Of a DNA stretch of 64,000 nt, positions 49,004-58,860 are shown piece by piece. Position 1 is the first letter of the stretch; every line of letters begins with the position of its first letter. A program made the position numbers and the translations under genes. The stretch is from the IMG/VR virus record IMGVR_UViG_3300045995_000108, positions 1-64,000 of that record. One strand, written 5' to 3'. Under the pieces are notes generated by a model that made no database searches, had not been told where the DNA came from, and saw only the letters and a program-made list of their open reading frames with translations. The stretch is from a virus.

Positions 49004-49150
49004 GATTTTTGTTGTAACGTTTGCAACTGGCGTGGTAGTTGACACTAAGGTGCTTGAGTATAGCATCAAGGCTGATGCTGACCGTGCATACCTGTTACTC
49101 AATGATGCGTCAGGCAAATCGTTCAATGTGGTGCTGACGAAGCTGTACTA

Positions 49151-49617
49151 ATGATTACGCATGTCGCAATTAAGTACGATGGCAAGATTTATTCTCTGCC
49201 ATCCCCTAATCGTCACCATCACGTTATCCGTATGATTGCGAAAGAGAATGGTGTTGGTATTAAGGGACCTGATGTGCAAGGATTCTTGGACAATGAAGGC
49301 AACTTCCTAAACCGTCGGGAAGCATACATTCACGCAAAGGAATGTGTTCAGGTTATACGCAAAGTAGGACCTGGCATGTATGATGGCAATTCACTTTTTT
49401 CTGAGGACTTGTGGTAATGGCTGAAATCGAAACTGGAATTACAATTAACGTTTACGCTGACCCTGAATATGGGTATGCTGTGAACGTTGCGGAAGACGAA
49501 CTGTCTATTGCTTATACTGACAGTAAAGGCAACGTGGACGGAACTGCAATCACATTTGGCTCAAAGGCTGAAATGGAAGCAGTGGCGCTGGCCATGCTCA
49601 AGGCCTGCAAAATCTAA
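49151..49617 (+). other. Two small hypothetical ORFs (49151-49417, 49417-49617)
   Basis: First has RHHH and QGFLD..G.F..R.EA...LFSEDLW. Confidence 0.7.
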
Positions 49618-49680
49618 TTTGCAGTTTTATTCACCTTAATATACAATGCATGTATCGTTAACTAACCCTAAGGAAATTTT

Positions 49681-50457
49681 ATGAACGAGATGGAAATTAA
49701 AAAAGAGCAACTTGCCAAGATGGTCAAATATGGCCTGATTGGATTGTTCTGTGCGGTCGCGGCACCTGTAGCGTGGCTCGCAGTGACTGGTATTGCAGGA
49801 ATGCTTGCTGCACTTGGTGTCGCGGCAGTTGGCTACAATCTCGCACCCGTGGTTGCGCTGAAGCTTGCCAATTACAAGTACCGTGCATTGGACGCTGAGC
49901 GAGTTGAGCACCTTGAAAAAGTGCAAGCTGCCGCAGCAGAGAATCCAATTGAAACGATCCAGCTATCGTATAACGGGCGTGTGCAGGATGCTGCAAAGTT
50001 TGCAGACTCCATTACAGAGTTCCGAACTGAGATTAAGAACTACGAAGGCACAGTGAAGGAATTCGAAGCAGAATACCCTGACGACGCCAAAGCGGGACGC
50101 GAACAACTTGCATTTATGCGAGAAAATTTGAAGGAACGCGAAAACCGTTACCAAGCGGTACAAGCTGAACTGGCAAATCTTGCTGCAACAATCAAGAAAA
50201 TGCGAGCTCTCTGGAAGCTGGCTTTGGCTACGCAACGGATGAACAAGCTTGCTGGAATGAACACTGGCGACGAGTTTGCTCGTATTAAAAACGAAGCTGC
50301 CGTGGATAGCGTTATGTCCAACCTCAACAAAGCGTTTGCCCAAATGGAAACTGCTACAATGGTGAATCGCAAGCCAGCAGCGCAGCAAGCGATTGCGAAT
50401 GATCCCTCCCCTGTCCTAATTGTGGACGCAACTGTAACCCAGAAAGTGAGTGCTTAA
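49681..50457 (+). CDS. Membrane-anchored coiled-coil protein, PspA/IM30-like
   Basis: Two N-terminal TM helices followed by a long coiled coil (ENPIE...). Confidence 0.55.
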   Translation: MNEMEIKKEQLAKMVKYGLIGLFCAVAAPVAWLAVTGIAGMLAALGVAAVGYNLAPVVALKLANYKYRALDAERVEHLEKVQAAAAENPIETIQLSYNGRVQDAAKFADSITEFRTEIKNYEGTVKEFEAEYPDDAKAGREQLAFMRENLKERENRYQAVQAELANLAATIKKMRALWKLALATQRMNKLAGMNTGDEFARIKNEAAVDSVMSNLNKAFAQMETATMVNRKPAAQQAIANDPSPVLIVDATVTQKVSA

Positions 50458-51532
50458 TATGGTAAAAGTAATTGGTTCCGTAGTATTTTTGATTGTGATG
50501 TTGCTGGGCGGCTACTTTGCTGACGCGAAGTTCAAGGCGCAAATTGACGGCATGTTGGGCAAGGGCAACGCTACCGCAACTGAAGCAGTAAGCAAGGCAG
50601 TGCCTGATCGAGTTGAAGCAAAGGCGGGTGGACGACTTGCTACAATTCAGGAAAGTGGCGTGGTAACGGCAAGTGTGCAAAATCCGTCCAAGCCGTTCTA
50701 TAGCAACGATGGCGGACGAGCAAAAGGCTTTAACGTTGACTTCATGAAGATCTTGTTTGATCAGAGTGAGTTTAAGGGCAAGATCAAAGTTGAAGCAAGC
50801 GCAGTTGAGACATATGCTGATGTGCCCAAGCAATTGCTGGATAACAAGAAAGTGGATATCGCGATTGACGGCCTGACGTTTAACGACGAAGACTTGAATG
50901 GCGTTGTGTACACTATCCCTTACGTGAAGGACTTTGGCTACAGTTTGATTATGGCCAAGGGTGACTCTCCTGGCGCTGGTATGCGAATTGGTGTGCTGCA
51001 AGGCGACCCTGATGCAAAGGCTGCGGCTGAGAGTGCTTTCCCTGACGCTAAGATCATCGAAGTAAGCGACAAAGCTGATGCAAATGGTAAGTGGATCGTG
51101 GGCCATATTAAGTCCAAGAAGGTTGATGCAGTGATGTATGACTATCCGTTCGCCGTAGCAGAAGTCGAAGGAACTGACCTCCAGTTCGCAATCGCTAAGA
51201 TCAAGGGTACTGACATTAAGTACAGCATTGGTGTGCGCAAGGATGACAAGGATTTGCTGGCTGCGTTGAACAGCGCAATTCGCAAGGCAATGGACACGCC
51301 AGAGTATCCTGACATGCTGAAGACGTACTTCATGAGCACAAGTGTTGCCGCAGTGCGCCGCGCAAGCTCTGGTGAAGTTAGCTACATCGTTGTCAAGGGC
51401 GATACGTTGAGCACTATTGCACAAGCGCAACTTGGCGACATCAAGCGTTACACTGACATCCAGGCACGTAATAACTTGGCTAACCCCAACTTTATTGCAG
51501 TGGGCCAGAAGCTGGTTATGCCTGCTAAGTAA
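50450..51532 (+). CDS. Family-3 periplasmic solute-binding domain fused to a C-terminal LysM
   Basis: GFNVD, VDIAIDGLT, YTIPY, VDAVMYD; LysM YIVVKGDTLSTIA...NNLANPNFIAVGQKLVMP. Confidence 0.85.
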   Translation: MLNMVKVIGSVVFLIVMLLGGYFADAKFKAQIDGMLGKGNATATEAVSKAVPDRVEAKAGGRLATIQESGVVTASVQNPSKPFYSNDGGRAKGFNVDFMKILFDQSEFKGKIKVEASAVETYADVPKQLLDNKKVDIAIDGLTFNDEDLNGVVYTIPYVKDFGYSLIMAKGDSPGAGMRIGVLQGDPDAKAAAESAFPDAKIIEVSDKADANGKWIVGHIKSKKVDAVMYDYPFAVAEVEGTDLQFAIAKIKGTDIKYSIGVRKDDKDLLAALNSAIRKAMDTPEYPDMLKTYFMSTSVAAVRRASSGEVSYIVVKGDTLSTIAQAQLGDIKRYTDIQARNNLANPNFIAVGQKLVMPAK

Positions 51533-51549
51533 GCTGGTTTAACGCAGAG

Positions 51550-51572
51550 AAAGGGCTGAAATATGCCCTTTC
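51550..51572 (+). terminator. Intrinsic terminator-like hairpin
   Basis: AAAGGGC-TGAAATAT-GCCCTTT downstream of the LysM gene. Confidence 0.55.
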
Positions 51573-51601
51573 GTCACGATTTGACGATTAAATCCACTTA
51601 A

Positions 51602-51866
51602 TGTACAATAGTGGCTTAGTAAGTAAACAAGGCGATAGAGATGAACAAAGCACTGTACTACATTAACCTGCCACTCCTGCCTGCGTTCTTTGCAGTATCG
51701 TTTGCGCTGAACATGTATAAACTCACAAAGCAAGCTTTCCGCTGGTCAGTAAGCGAGACAAAAGACACTTATCGTTCCAATCGCCGCCACTACAATGTCT
51801 GATTTGACCATTTAATGGTTTTATTGTACAATAGTGGCTTAGTAAGTAAACAAGGCGATAGAGATG
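51602..51866 (+). repeat. 42-bp perfect direct repeat (promoter -10, leader, RBS and ATG)
   Basis: TGTACAATAGTGGCTTAGTAAGTAAACAAGGCGATAGAGATG at 51602-51643 and 51825-51866. Confidence 0.95.
51641..51802 (+). CDS. Small early protein (53 aa, not in ORF track)
   Basis: MNKALYYINLPLLPAFFAVSFALNMYKLTKQAFRWSVSETKDTYRSNRRHYNV behind the repeated promoter cassette. Confidence 0.65.
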   Translation: MNKALYYINLPLLPAFFAVSFALNMYKLTKQAFRWSVSETKDTYRSNRRHYNV

Positions 51867-52061
51867 CAAATTTTTAAAAACACAGTTATCCAGTCCACTT
51901 TGCGTTTCGCTAAGGACTTCACTGTTGTCCAGATTCTGGGTTGCGGCTTTGTTGTCATCCATTCTGCCTTTGCGTTGAATGCTGCTAAAGAGACAGGACA
52001 CAAGGTGCGCACTATCTGTGGCAAGAGCTTTGGTCTCTCCCTGTTCACCCGCGCCGTTTGA
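51864..52061 (+). CDS. Small early protein
   Basis: Lies behind the second copy of the promoter cassette. Confidence 0.7.
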   Translation: MQIFKNTVIQSTLRFAKDFTVVQILGCGFVVIHSAFALNAAKETGHKVRTICGKSFGLSLFTRAV

Positions 52062-52092
52062 CACTTTAATAGGTTTAATGTAGAATACTTAC

Positions 52093-53004
52093 ATGATGCA
52101 AAAGCGACTAAAACAATTTGTTCAAGACAATCCTAAGCTGGTTACCATGCGCGAGTGTGGCGACGGCATTTTTGTCTTGAAGTACAAGAAGACTGTCTTC
52201 TTTGACAATCTGTGGAACGAGTATTTGGAAGAATGCCGTGGCACGATTGTGGATGCTGACTTCAATGTCGTGTCCCGTCCCTTCACCAAAATCTACAATT
52301 ACGGAGTGGAAGCTAAGGCTCCTGTTCTGTCTGACGACACCCCTGTTACTGCTTACCGCAAGGTAAACGGTTTTATGGTAGCAATGACTTGGTACAAGGG
52401 TGACATCCTTGTGTCCACTACTGGCTCCACTGACAACGACTACACTGCTATGGCAAAAGAGTTGATGTTGAAGCACCAGTGCTGGGAAGATTGGCAATTT
52501 GAGTTGCGGGCTGCTGAAGGCGTGACTCTGATGTTTGAATGCTGCCACAAAAACGATCCGCACATTGTTGTGGAAAACGAAGGTCTGTACTTTTTGGGAC
52601 TGCGCGAAAACTCGTGGGATTCCAAAGTAAAGATGTTTGGTCCTGAGATGACTGAGTGGGCACGTGATTACGCTCTGTCGCATTTGAAGTGTGGATATTC
52701 CGAAGCTTTCCATGTAACAATGGGTGAGCTGAAGGAAATGTCTGCTAAAGTGCAACATGAAGGCTTCGTGCTTTATACTAAGGATGGCGTATCTTCCAAG
52801 ATCAAGTCTCCTTACTACCTAACATCAAAGTGGGTAGCACGTAACCCTCGCACTGACAAGTTGGTTAACCCTGACTTCAAGAAGCAAATCGACGAGGAAT
52901 ATTACCCACTCGTGGATGCAATCAACGCCAACATCGTTGAATATACTGCAATGGACGAGCAAGGTCGCCTTGCTTGGGTACGTAAATTTTTGGGAGTAGT
53001 GTAA
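52093..53004 (+). CDS. RNA ligase 1 (T4 Rnl1-like)
   Basis: ECRG, PFTKIYNYG, motif I KVNG, FE, EGFV, KIKSPYY. Confidence 0.88.
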   Translation: MMQKRLKQFVQDNPKLVTMRECGDGIFVLKYKKTVFFDNLWNEYLEECRGTIVDADFNVVSRPFTKIYNYGVEAKAPVLSDDTPVTAYRKVNGFMVAMTWYKGDILVSTTGSTDNDYTAMAKELMLKHQCWEDWQFELRAAEGVTLMFECCHKNDPHIVVENEGLYFLGLRENSWDSKVKMFGPEMTEWARDYALSHLKCGYSEAFHVTMGELKEMSAKVQHEGFVLYTKDGVSSKIKSPYYLTSKWVARNPRTDKLVNPDFKKQIDEEYYPLVDAINANIVEYTAMDEQGRLAWVRKFLGVV

Positions 53005-53471
53005 TGCCAACTTTATACATGCTTATTGGTGTTCCTGGTTCAGGCAAGTCTACCTGGATCAAAGCGCAAAACTTTGATATGTCTAAGACATTGATCGCGT
53101 CCACTGACGACCAAATCGAGCGACTTGCAGCCGCAGCAGGCAAGACTTACAGCGAGGTGATTAATGACCTCATTAAGCCTGCCACTAAGGTTATGAATCA
53201 ACAGGTCCTTGAAGCCATTCAAGTGGGTGCAGATGTTGTGTGGGATCAAACCAACATAAGCGTTAAAAGTCGTGCACCCAAGCTGGCAGTGTTTCCAAAA
53301 GAATACAAAAAGGTAGCAGTAGTATTTCCTACGCCAGGCGCAGTTGAACTGGGCCGTCGTCTCGCAAGCCGTGCAGGGAAGAACATTCCCGACTATGTTA
53401 TGCGCAGCATGATTGCTAACTTGCAACCTCCTTCCGCAAGGGAAGGCTTTGACAAGATTATAACGGCATGA
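53004..53471 (+). CDS. Polynucleotide kinase (P-loop, AAA_33)
   Basis: GVPGSGKSTW, STDD, WDQTN; translationally coupled to the RNA ligase. Confidence 0.85.
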   Translation: MPTLYMLIGVPGSGKSTWIKAQNFDMSKTLIASTDDQIERLAAAAGKTYSEVINDLIKPATKVMNQQVLEAIQVGADVVWDQTNISVKSRAPKLAVFPKEYKKVAVVFPTPGAVELGRRLASRAGKNIPDYVMRSMIANLQPPSAREGFDKIITA

Positions 53472-56055
53472 CAAACCCGGTTGACATTATTGGGCGTGAA
53501 CTCAACATAGGCGACTTTGTTGTGTTTACGAACAGCGTATATGAAGTAAAGGGATTGGGCAAGGCCAACCCAAGCTATCACGGTTATGGCACTGTGCAAA
53601 TTATGTTGGCAAACCCGTCCAAGACTACACGACCGCAAAAGAAAAACAGCGGGGATATGTGCCTTATTCCCAAAGAAGAATACTTGATTTACTTACTGAA
53701 AAAGAAATAACATGACAAAAACAGTTTATATTGTATTGGCAATCTTAGTAGTGGTTGCTGGTGTAAAGCTTTCCGACAACAAGGAAAAAGCCAATGAGCA
53801 ACTGGCGCAATGTATTGCATCCGGCGGCACCGCATTGCGCGGTAGTACGTGCGTAAATTTTTCAACTCAACCCAAGTAACAAATATGGAACAAGTATCAG
53901 GATTTATGGTTTTTTGGACGCATCAGCCACACGGCGCTGATTGTATGCAACCAAGCGCAAGCCATTTTGAAATGAACGAAATGAGCGCAGCACTTGCGTT
54001 CATGGAATCACTGCGCAAGGAAGGCCTCGCCCAGTTTGTGACGATGGTTTCCCAAAATTCCAACTCAGTTGGTAAGGCTGGTGTCGCTTCCATTGTTGAC
54101 GGCAAGACTCCTGACGGATTTGCCTATGAATGGTCTAAGGCTGGTCGCGCAGGCAAGATGAAGCGTTCTGAGCGTACAGTGTCTGCACTGCAAGGCACTG
54201 ATGCTGTGGAAGTGAAACAGGACGACGAATAATGTACGGCAATCCTTACATTGCCATTGCCATTGTAGTGGTACTTTTTGTGCCATGCCTTGTGGTGGCA
54301 ATGTTGTGGCTTGCAAAAATGACGAATCACAATGCATTGGATAAAGAATGACTTGCACCCACACAAGAGAACACAGCCGCTGGGTCACAAAAGTAGACGA
54401 CTGGTACGGACACGATACAAGCGAGTGGGAATACACGACAGAAAACACCACTGTTGACATTGACTTGCATAGATATAAATGTACGCAATGTAATCAAATA
54501 ATGTATTACTCTGGTGCGGCAAGAGAATACTACGAAACTGGTGTGGACCGCAAGGGACTATTTAAATGATTAATGAGCAAGACCTCGTCTACCGTCTGCG
54601 CAAACGTGCAGAGATACGCCGACAGATTCCCGGGCGGCGAAGTGTGGAAGAAGGCACTCCTGACCGCATTGCGGATATTCTGGAAGAAGCGGCAAACGAA
54701 ATTGAAAAGTTGCGTAACGACATTGAACATTGTTGGCAAGACGCCGCAGGAGCAAGTTTATGAAAGAATCTAAGAATATGCTTTATCGGGGGCATATAGA
54801 CTTGGCTATGAAGTTGGTTTTACATTGCGAGCAATCGCAGCGTTTGTCGACTTCATGATGTTTCCGTTTCCTCGGTAATCAACTTTAAGGGATATTATGG
54901 CAACCGCAGTACAAATGACAAACCAGAAGACTGGTATTGTTAAGCAGGGATTTTTTGGATTTAGCTGGACTTACTTATTCTTCGGATGGTTCGTTCCATT
55001 GCTCCGTGGCCATTATGCCATGGCTGGCATTCACTTTATGATCGCAATTGTGTCAGCGTTTACGTTTGGCATTCCACAGTTGATCCTGGCATTTATGTTT
55101 AACAAGTTTTACACATTGCGCCTGCTTGAAGACGGATACACTTTCAGTGATCCAGACGAAGCACTGGTACAACGTGCAAAGCGTACTTTGGGTCTTGTTC
55201 TTTAACAGGTAATTATCATGCGCAAACTATTGATTGCTCTCCTGGCGTTTTCTGCTATCACTGCAACTGCACAAGTGGTTGATCAACGTGGTACTTACAA
55301 CTACATTCCAAACGCGGGCGACCGTGTACCAGACGGCGCAAGCGGTCCAGGGATTGTTTACACTCAACGCACAACAGGCACGATCATTTCAGTAGGCATG
55401 CCCGTGTACAAGAACGTGGTCAATGGACAGCAATGTGAAGGGCAACCTGTCCAGTGCACTCCCACGTTTGAACAACGCCTGGTTGGCTATCCGTTTACAG
55501 TGCAGTACAACCACTTGCAGATGCTGGGCTTTATGACTCGTCGTCCACAGATTGGCGAAACCGCGGAAGTCATTATCCGCAGCACGTTCTACGCCGCACA
55601 GTGATTTGACAGTGAATGCACTTTAATGTACAATGTATTATGACAGAGCAAAAAACATTTTACATTAACGATCACCCTTTCCTGAAGTGGACTTGCGAAA
55701 GCGTGGAAGTCGTGCTAACCGGACTGCGCGGTTTCGTGCAGGACGGTCATTGGCACATGGACTACATCGAAGCAGAAAAAGTGGTCAACGTATGTATCGG
55801 ACGGATGGGCTCGGTTGATTGGGATCACCCCATCAACGTGATGAAAGTAAAGACACTGAGGCGCGAATGATCCGAAGTTTGACAAGAAAACAGGTTGACG
55901 CCGTTCATGCTCTTATGCTAGAGTATGATGACGCTAGAGAAGTAACCTTTAGTACCGAAAGCAACAGCGGAATTGGCACTAACATTTACGCAACCATAAA
56001 GTATCTTGGCTATCGTGAAGTTACAATTGACATAACAGACTACGAGAATTGGTAA
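53468..56055 (+). other. Cluster of small hypothetical ORFs (53468-53710, 53885-54232, 54348-54569, 54566-54763, 54897-55205 membrane, 55218-55604 secreted, 55640-55870, 55867-56055)
   Basis: Contiguous + strand ORFs; no confident domain calls. Confidence 0.65.
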
Positions 56056-56531
56056 TGCCATTTATTGAGAACATAGCAGCAAGTGATGTGCCTCGTGGGT
56101 TACACCGTGACCCAGGGCCAAATTCTATGCTGATCCAAATTACAGATCCAGGTGGATGGAAGCCTGATCCAAAGCACGTATTCAAGGAGCGTCACTTTTT
56201 TGAGTTCCTTGACGTTGAGAAGGACACTGAGGTGGACGACGAAGAAATGCGTTGCTCACAGGAACAGGCGTCTCAACTTGCTGCTTTGTTAAAGAAGGCT
56301 CTCGCTGAAGACATGAACGTTATTGTGCACTGCTATGCCGGCGTAGCACGTTCTGGTGCAGTAGCAGAGGTAGGTGTGATGATGGGGTTCGACGATACCT
56401 ATACATACCGTGCACCTAACTTGCATGTCAAGCACAGGATGCTGCATTACTTAGGTATGCAGTATGATCCAGACGAGGTGCTGGACGAGGAATTTTGCTG
56501 GAAACATACTAAAATAGGATGGGAACGATGA
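56055..56531 (+). CDS. Protein-tyrosine/dual-specificity phosphatase-like protein
   Basis: VHCYAGVARS (CX5R). Confidence 0.85.
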   Translation: MPFIENIAASDVPRGLHRDPGPNSMLIQITDPGGWKPDPKHVFKERHFFEFLDVEKDTEVDDEEMRCSQEQASQLAALLKKALAEDMNVIVHCYAGVARSGAVAEVGVMMGFDDTYTYRAPNLHVKHRMLHYLGMQYDPDEVLDEEFCWKHTKIGWER

Positions 56532-56685
56532 AACTTAAACGAGATACCAAAGACGCATTGAAGCTGGGTGGCATAGTAATTGCCGTGGTTGCATTTTTTG
56601 CAATTGGCATTTACTACGAGATGGCCGTGTGGCAGGAATGCCGCCAAACCAACTCTTGGTTTTATTGCATGAGGGTACTAAGCAA

Positions 56686-57282
56686 ATGAAGCGCAAATTT
56701 AAAAATCTAATCCTTACTGACGCGGATGGCGTGCTACTAGATTGGGAGTGGGCCTTCTCAGTATGGATGCAGGAAAAAGGTTATAAGCTGGCAGAGGGCC
56801 ATAAAAAAACATACGCACTGCATCACTGGTTTACTGACCTTGAATTACCTGACGCACGGAAGCTGATTATCCAATTCAATGAATCCGCAGCGATTGGCTT
56901 TTTGCCTGCGTTCCGTGACAGTATGTTCTACGTTAAGCGGTTGTATGAGGAACACGGATTTAGATTCCACGTAATCACAAGCCTTAGCCTGGATGCCAAT
57001 GCGGGCAGATTGCGTGAGATGAATCTACATAAACTGTTTGGTGACGCGATTGAAACTGTTACATGCCTTGACACCGGTGCTGACAAAGATGAAGCACTAG
57101 AACCCTTCAAGGGGAGTGGGTTGTATTGGATTGAAGATAAGCCAAGCAATGCTGACCTGGGTCTTGAACTTGGGCTAAAGAGTTTGCTTGTTGAACACGG
57201 GCACAACATGGGACACGACAATCCTCACTTGCCAGTTGTCAAAAGCTGGAAAGAAATTTACGACATAATTACCAAGAAGTAA
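56686..57282 (+). CDS. HAD-family 5'-nucleotidase-like phosphatase
   Basis: DADGVLLDW, ITS, WIEDK. Confidence 0.82.
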   Translation: MKRKFKNLILTDADGVLLDWEWAFSVWMQEKGYKLAEGHKKTYALHHWFTDLELPDARKLIIQFNESAAIGFLPAFRDSMFYVKRLYEEHGFRFHVITSLSLDANAGRLREMNLHKLFGDAIETVTCLDTGADKDEALEPFKGSGLYWIEDKPSNADLGLELGLKSLLVEHGHNMGHDNPHLPVVKSWKEIYDIITKK

Positions 57283-57299
57283 TTTATTGAACTCATGAC

Positions 57300-57323
57300 A
57301 AAGCGGGCTCGGGCCCGCTTTTC
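57300..57323. terminator. Bidirectional intrinsic terminator between convergent genes
   Basis: AAAGCGGGC-TCGG-GCCCGCTTT(T). Confidence 0.8.
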
Positions 57324-57350
57324 ATTGTGTTATTGCAATGTAATCAAATA

Positions 57351-58139
57351 TTAATTCTCCCCGTAAAGTCTTAATACTTCACGCATTGCGACACTACGTT
57401 GTGCGTCTTTTGCAGCAAACTTCGTGTAGCCGAAGATGTCTGAACCATCCGCTACGATCTTGTCAATGAAATCCAACAGTCCATTGTCGCGGGCAAACTG
57501 ATTATCCGTTTGGTTCAGGTCACCTGTTACAACCATCTTCGAGTTCTCACCGAGGCGTGTTAAAATCATCTTCATCTGATTAATGGAAGAATTTTGGGCT
57601 TCATCAAAGATGATCCAAGCATTCTTAAAGGTACGTCCTCTCATAAAAGCTAGGGGAGCGAGCTCAATTTGTTGTTCTTCTAGCATTTTAGTGACCTCGA
57701 TTGGTCTGTAGTATTCCAAGACATAATCCATAATTGGCTTAGTCCATGGCTCCATTTTCGCATTCAAGTCTCCTGGTAGGAAACCATGCTTCTCATCGTC
57801 TACGCCGACGGCTGGTCGTGTAATGATGATCTTCTTGCAAGTGCCGTCTCTGAATGCTTGTAGAGCTGCGAGCACTGCAATCATAGTCTTACCTGTACCT
57901 GCTGGGCCTGTGGCAAAGACTACGTGTTTGTCTGGGTTTTGTAAATCGTCAATGTAATCCTCTTGTGCGCGAGATTTAGGAGTAAGGTTAATCGGGCGTT
58001 GGCGTTGAGGTCTATAGTTATCAATATCTATCGTATTATTCGCGTTTGTTTGTGTTGCGTTGTGGCGGTTGTATGTGTTGCTACGGGATTGAGTTTGGAA
58101 CTCAGGTTGGGCTAGAGCCCTATTCTTACGCTTGGACAA
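57351..58139 (-). CDS. phoH: PhoH-like ATPase
   Basis: GPAGTGKT, GFLPGDL, LAFMRGRTF, DEAQN, LTRLGENS, GDLNQTD; TTG start with AAGGAG. Confidence 0.95.
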   Translation of the reverse strand: MSKRKNRALAQPEFQTQSRSNTYNRHNATQTNANNTIDIDNYRPQRQRPINLTPKSRAQEDYIDDLQNPDKHVVFATGPAGTGKTMIAVLAALQAFRDGTCKKIIITRPAVGVDDEKHGFLPGDLNAKMEPWTKPIMDYVLEYYRPIEVTKMLEEQQIELAPLAFMRGRTFKNAWIIFDEAQNSSINQMKMILTRLGENSKMVVTGDLNQTDNQFARDNGLLDFIDKIVADGSDIFGYTKFAAKDAQRSVAMREVLRLYGEN

Positions 58140-58290
58140 ATGTAACTCCTTAGTTGTTATAACTTTGTGCATTTCGATTACAAGCTCAGTTTGTTTGCTT
58201 GTACTATTATTTAAAGATAGGGTTAACATAGTTTAAACATAGTACATAACTTTGTCGTCGCAGCATAAGTATTAAGCTAAGTGCGACGTG

Positions 58291-58821
58291 TTAGCGTTTC
58301 CATTCAGCGTAGATTCTATTGTTTGTGTCCCATACACATTCTACTAACTTAAACCCAAACTTGTCAGATAATCGCACATGCTCTTCCACAGTCCAAGGAT
58401 AGAAGTTGATGTCTTGACATTCAACGTTTAGGTGATCCTTGCTACCTGGGTTGCAGCGCCAATAGATTCTAGCTTTGTCGGTTAACAGTGATACTACTTT
58501 AGTAGTTTGTCTTTCAACATCCTCTACTGTGCCAAAATTGATAGAGCCTAAGCAAAATGCAACATCAAACTTCTTGTTCGTTTGGAGGTCGTCGATTCCT
58601 ACTTTCATATCAGCTTGGTCAAATGCAGGGTCAATGCCAAATAGATTTGGTATCAAACCTTTGAACGGATTTGCTCCGCAGCCAACGTCAATTACGGACT
58701 CACCGTAGTTAACTTTTTTAACCAGCGCGAGGCCAGATTTTTCGTATTGCGCTAGTGAGCCGTTTTTACGGTACCAGATGGTACCAAAGTAATGGTTGAG
58801 ATATTCTTGATTTACAGTCAT
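58291..58821 (-). CDS. Class I SAM-dependent methyltransferase-like protein
   Basis: VIDVGCG, GID, FDVAFCLGSINF. Confidence 0.7.
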   Translation of the reverse strand: MTVNQEYLNHYFGTIWYRKNGSLAQYEKSGLALVKKVNYGESVIDVGCGANPFKGLIPNLFGIDPAFDQADMKVGIDDLQTNKKFDVAFCLGSINFGTVEDVERQTTKVVSLLTDKARIYWRCNPGSKDHLNVECQDINFYPWTVEEHVRLSDKFGFKLVECVWDTNNRIYAEWKR

Positions 58822-58860
58822 GATTTAGTGTATAATGTAATTAACTATGTATTTATTTCT

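Larger units (their letters stand above)
8089..55634 (+). promoter_or_regulatory. Family of sigma70-type early promoters TTG[A/C/G]nn-N17-TA[C/T/G]AAT with extended -10 TTA[A/T]TG
   Basis: -35 boxes start at 8089, 8659, 9439, 10665, 12697, 14644, 20417, 25495, 28088, 31411, 48417, 49619, 51581, 51804, 52058 and 55606, all with exactly 17-bp spacers; 19377 and 41487 have 18-bp spacers. Confidence 0.88.

Noticed and set aside
51581-51870. 42-bp direct repeats as a CRISPR array
   Set aside because: Only two copies, separated by ~180 nt containing an ORF; the repeat is a promoter-RBS-ATG unit; no cas genes.
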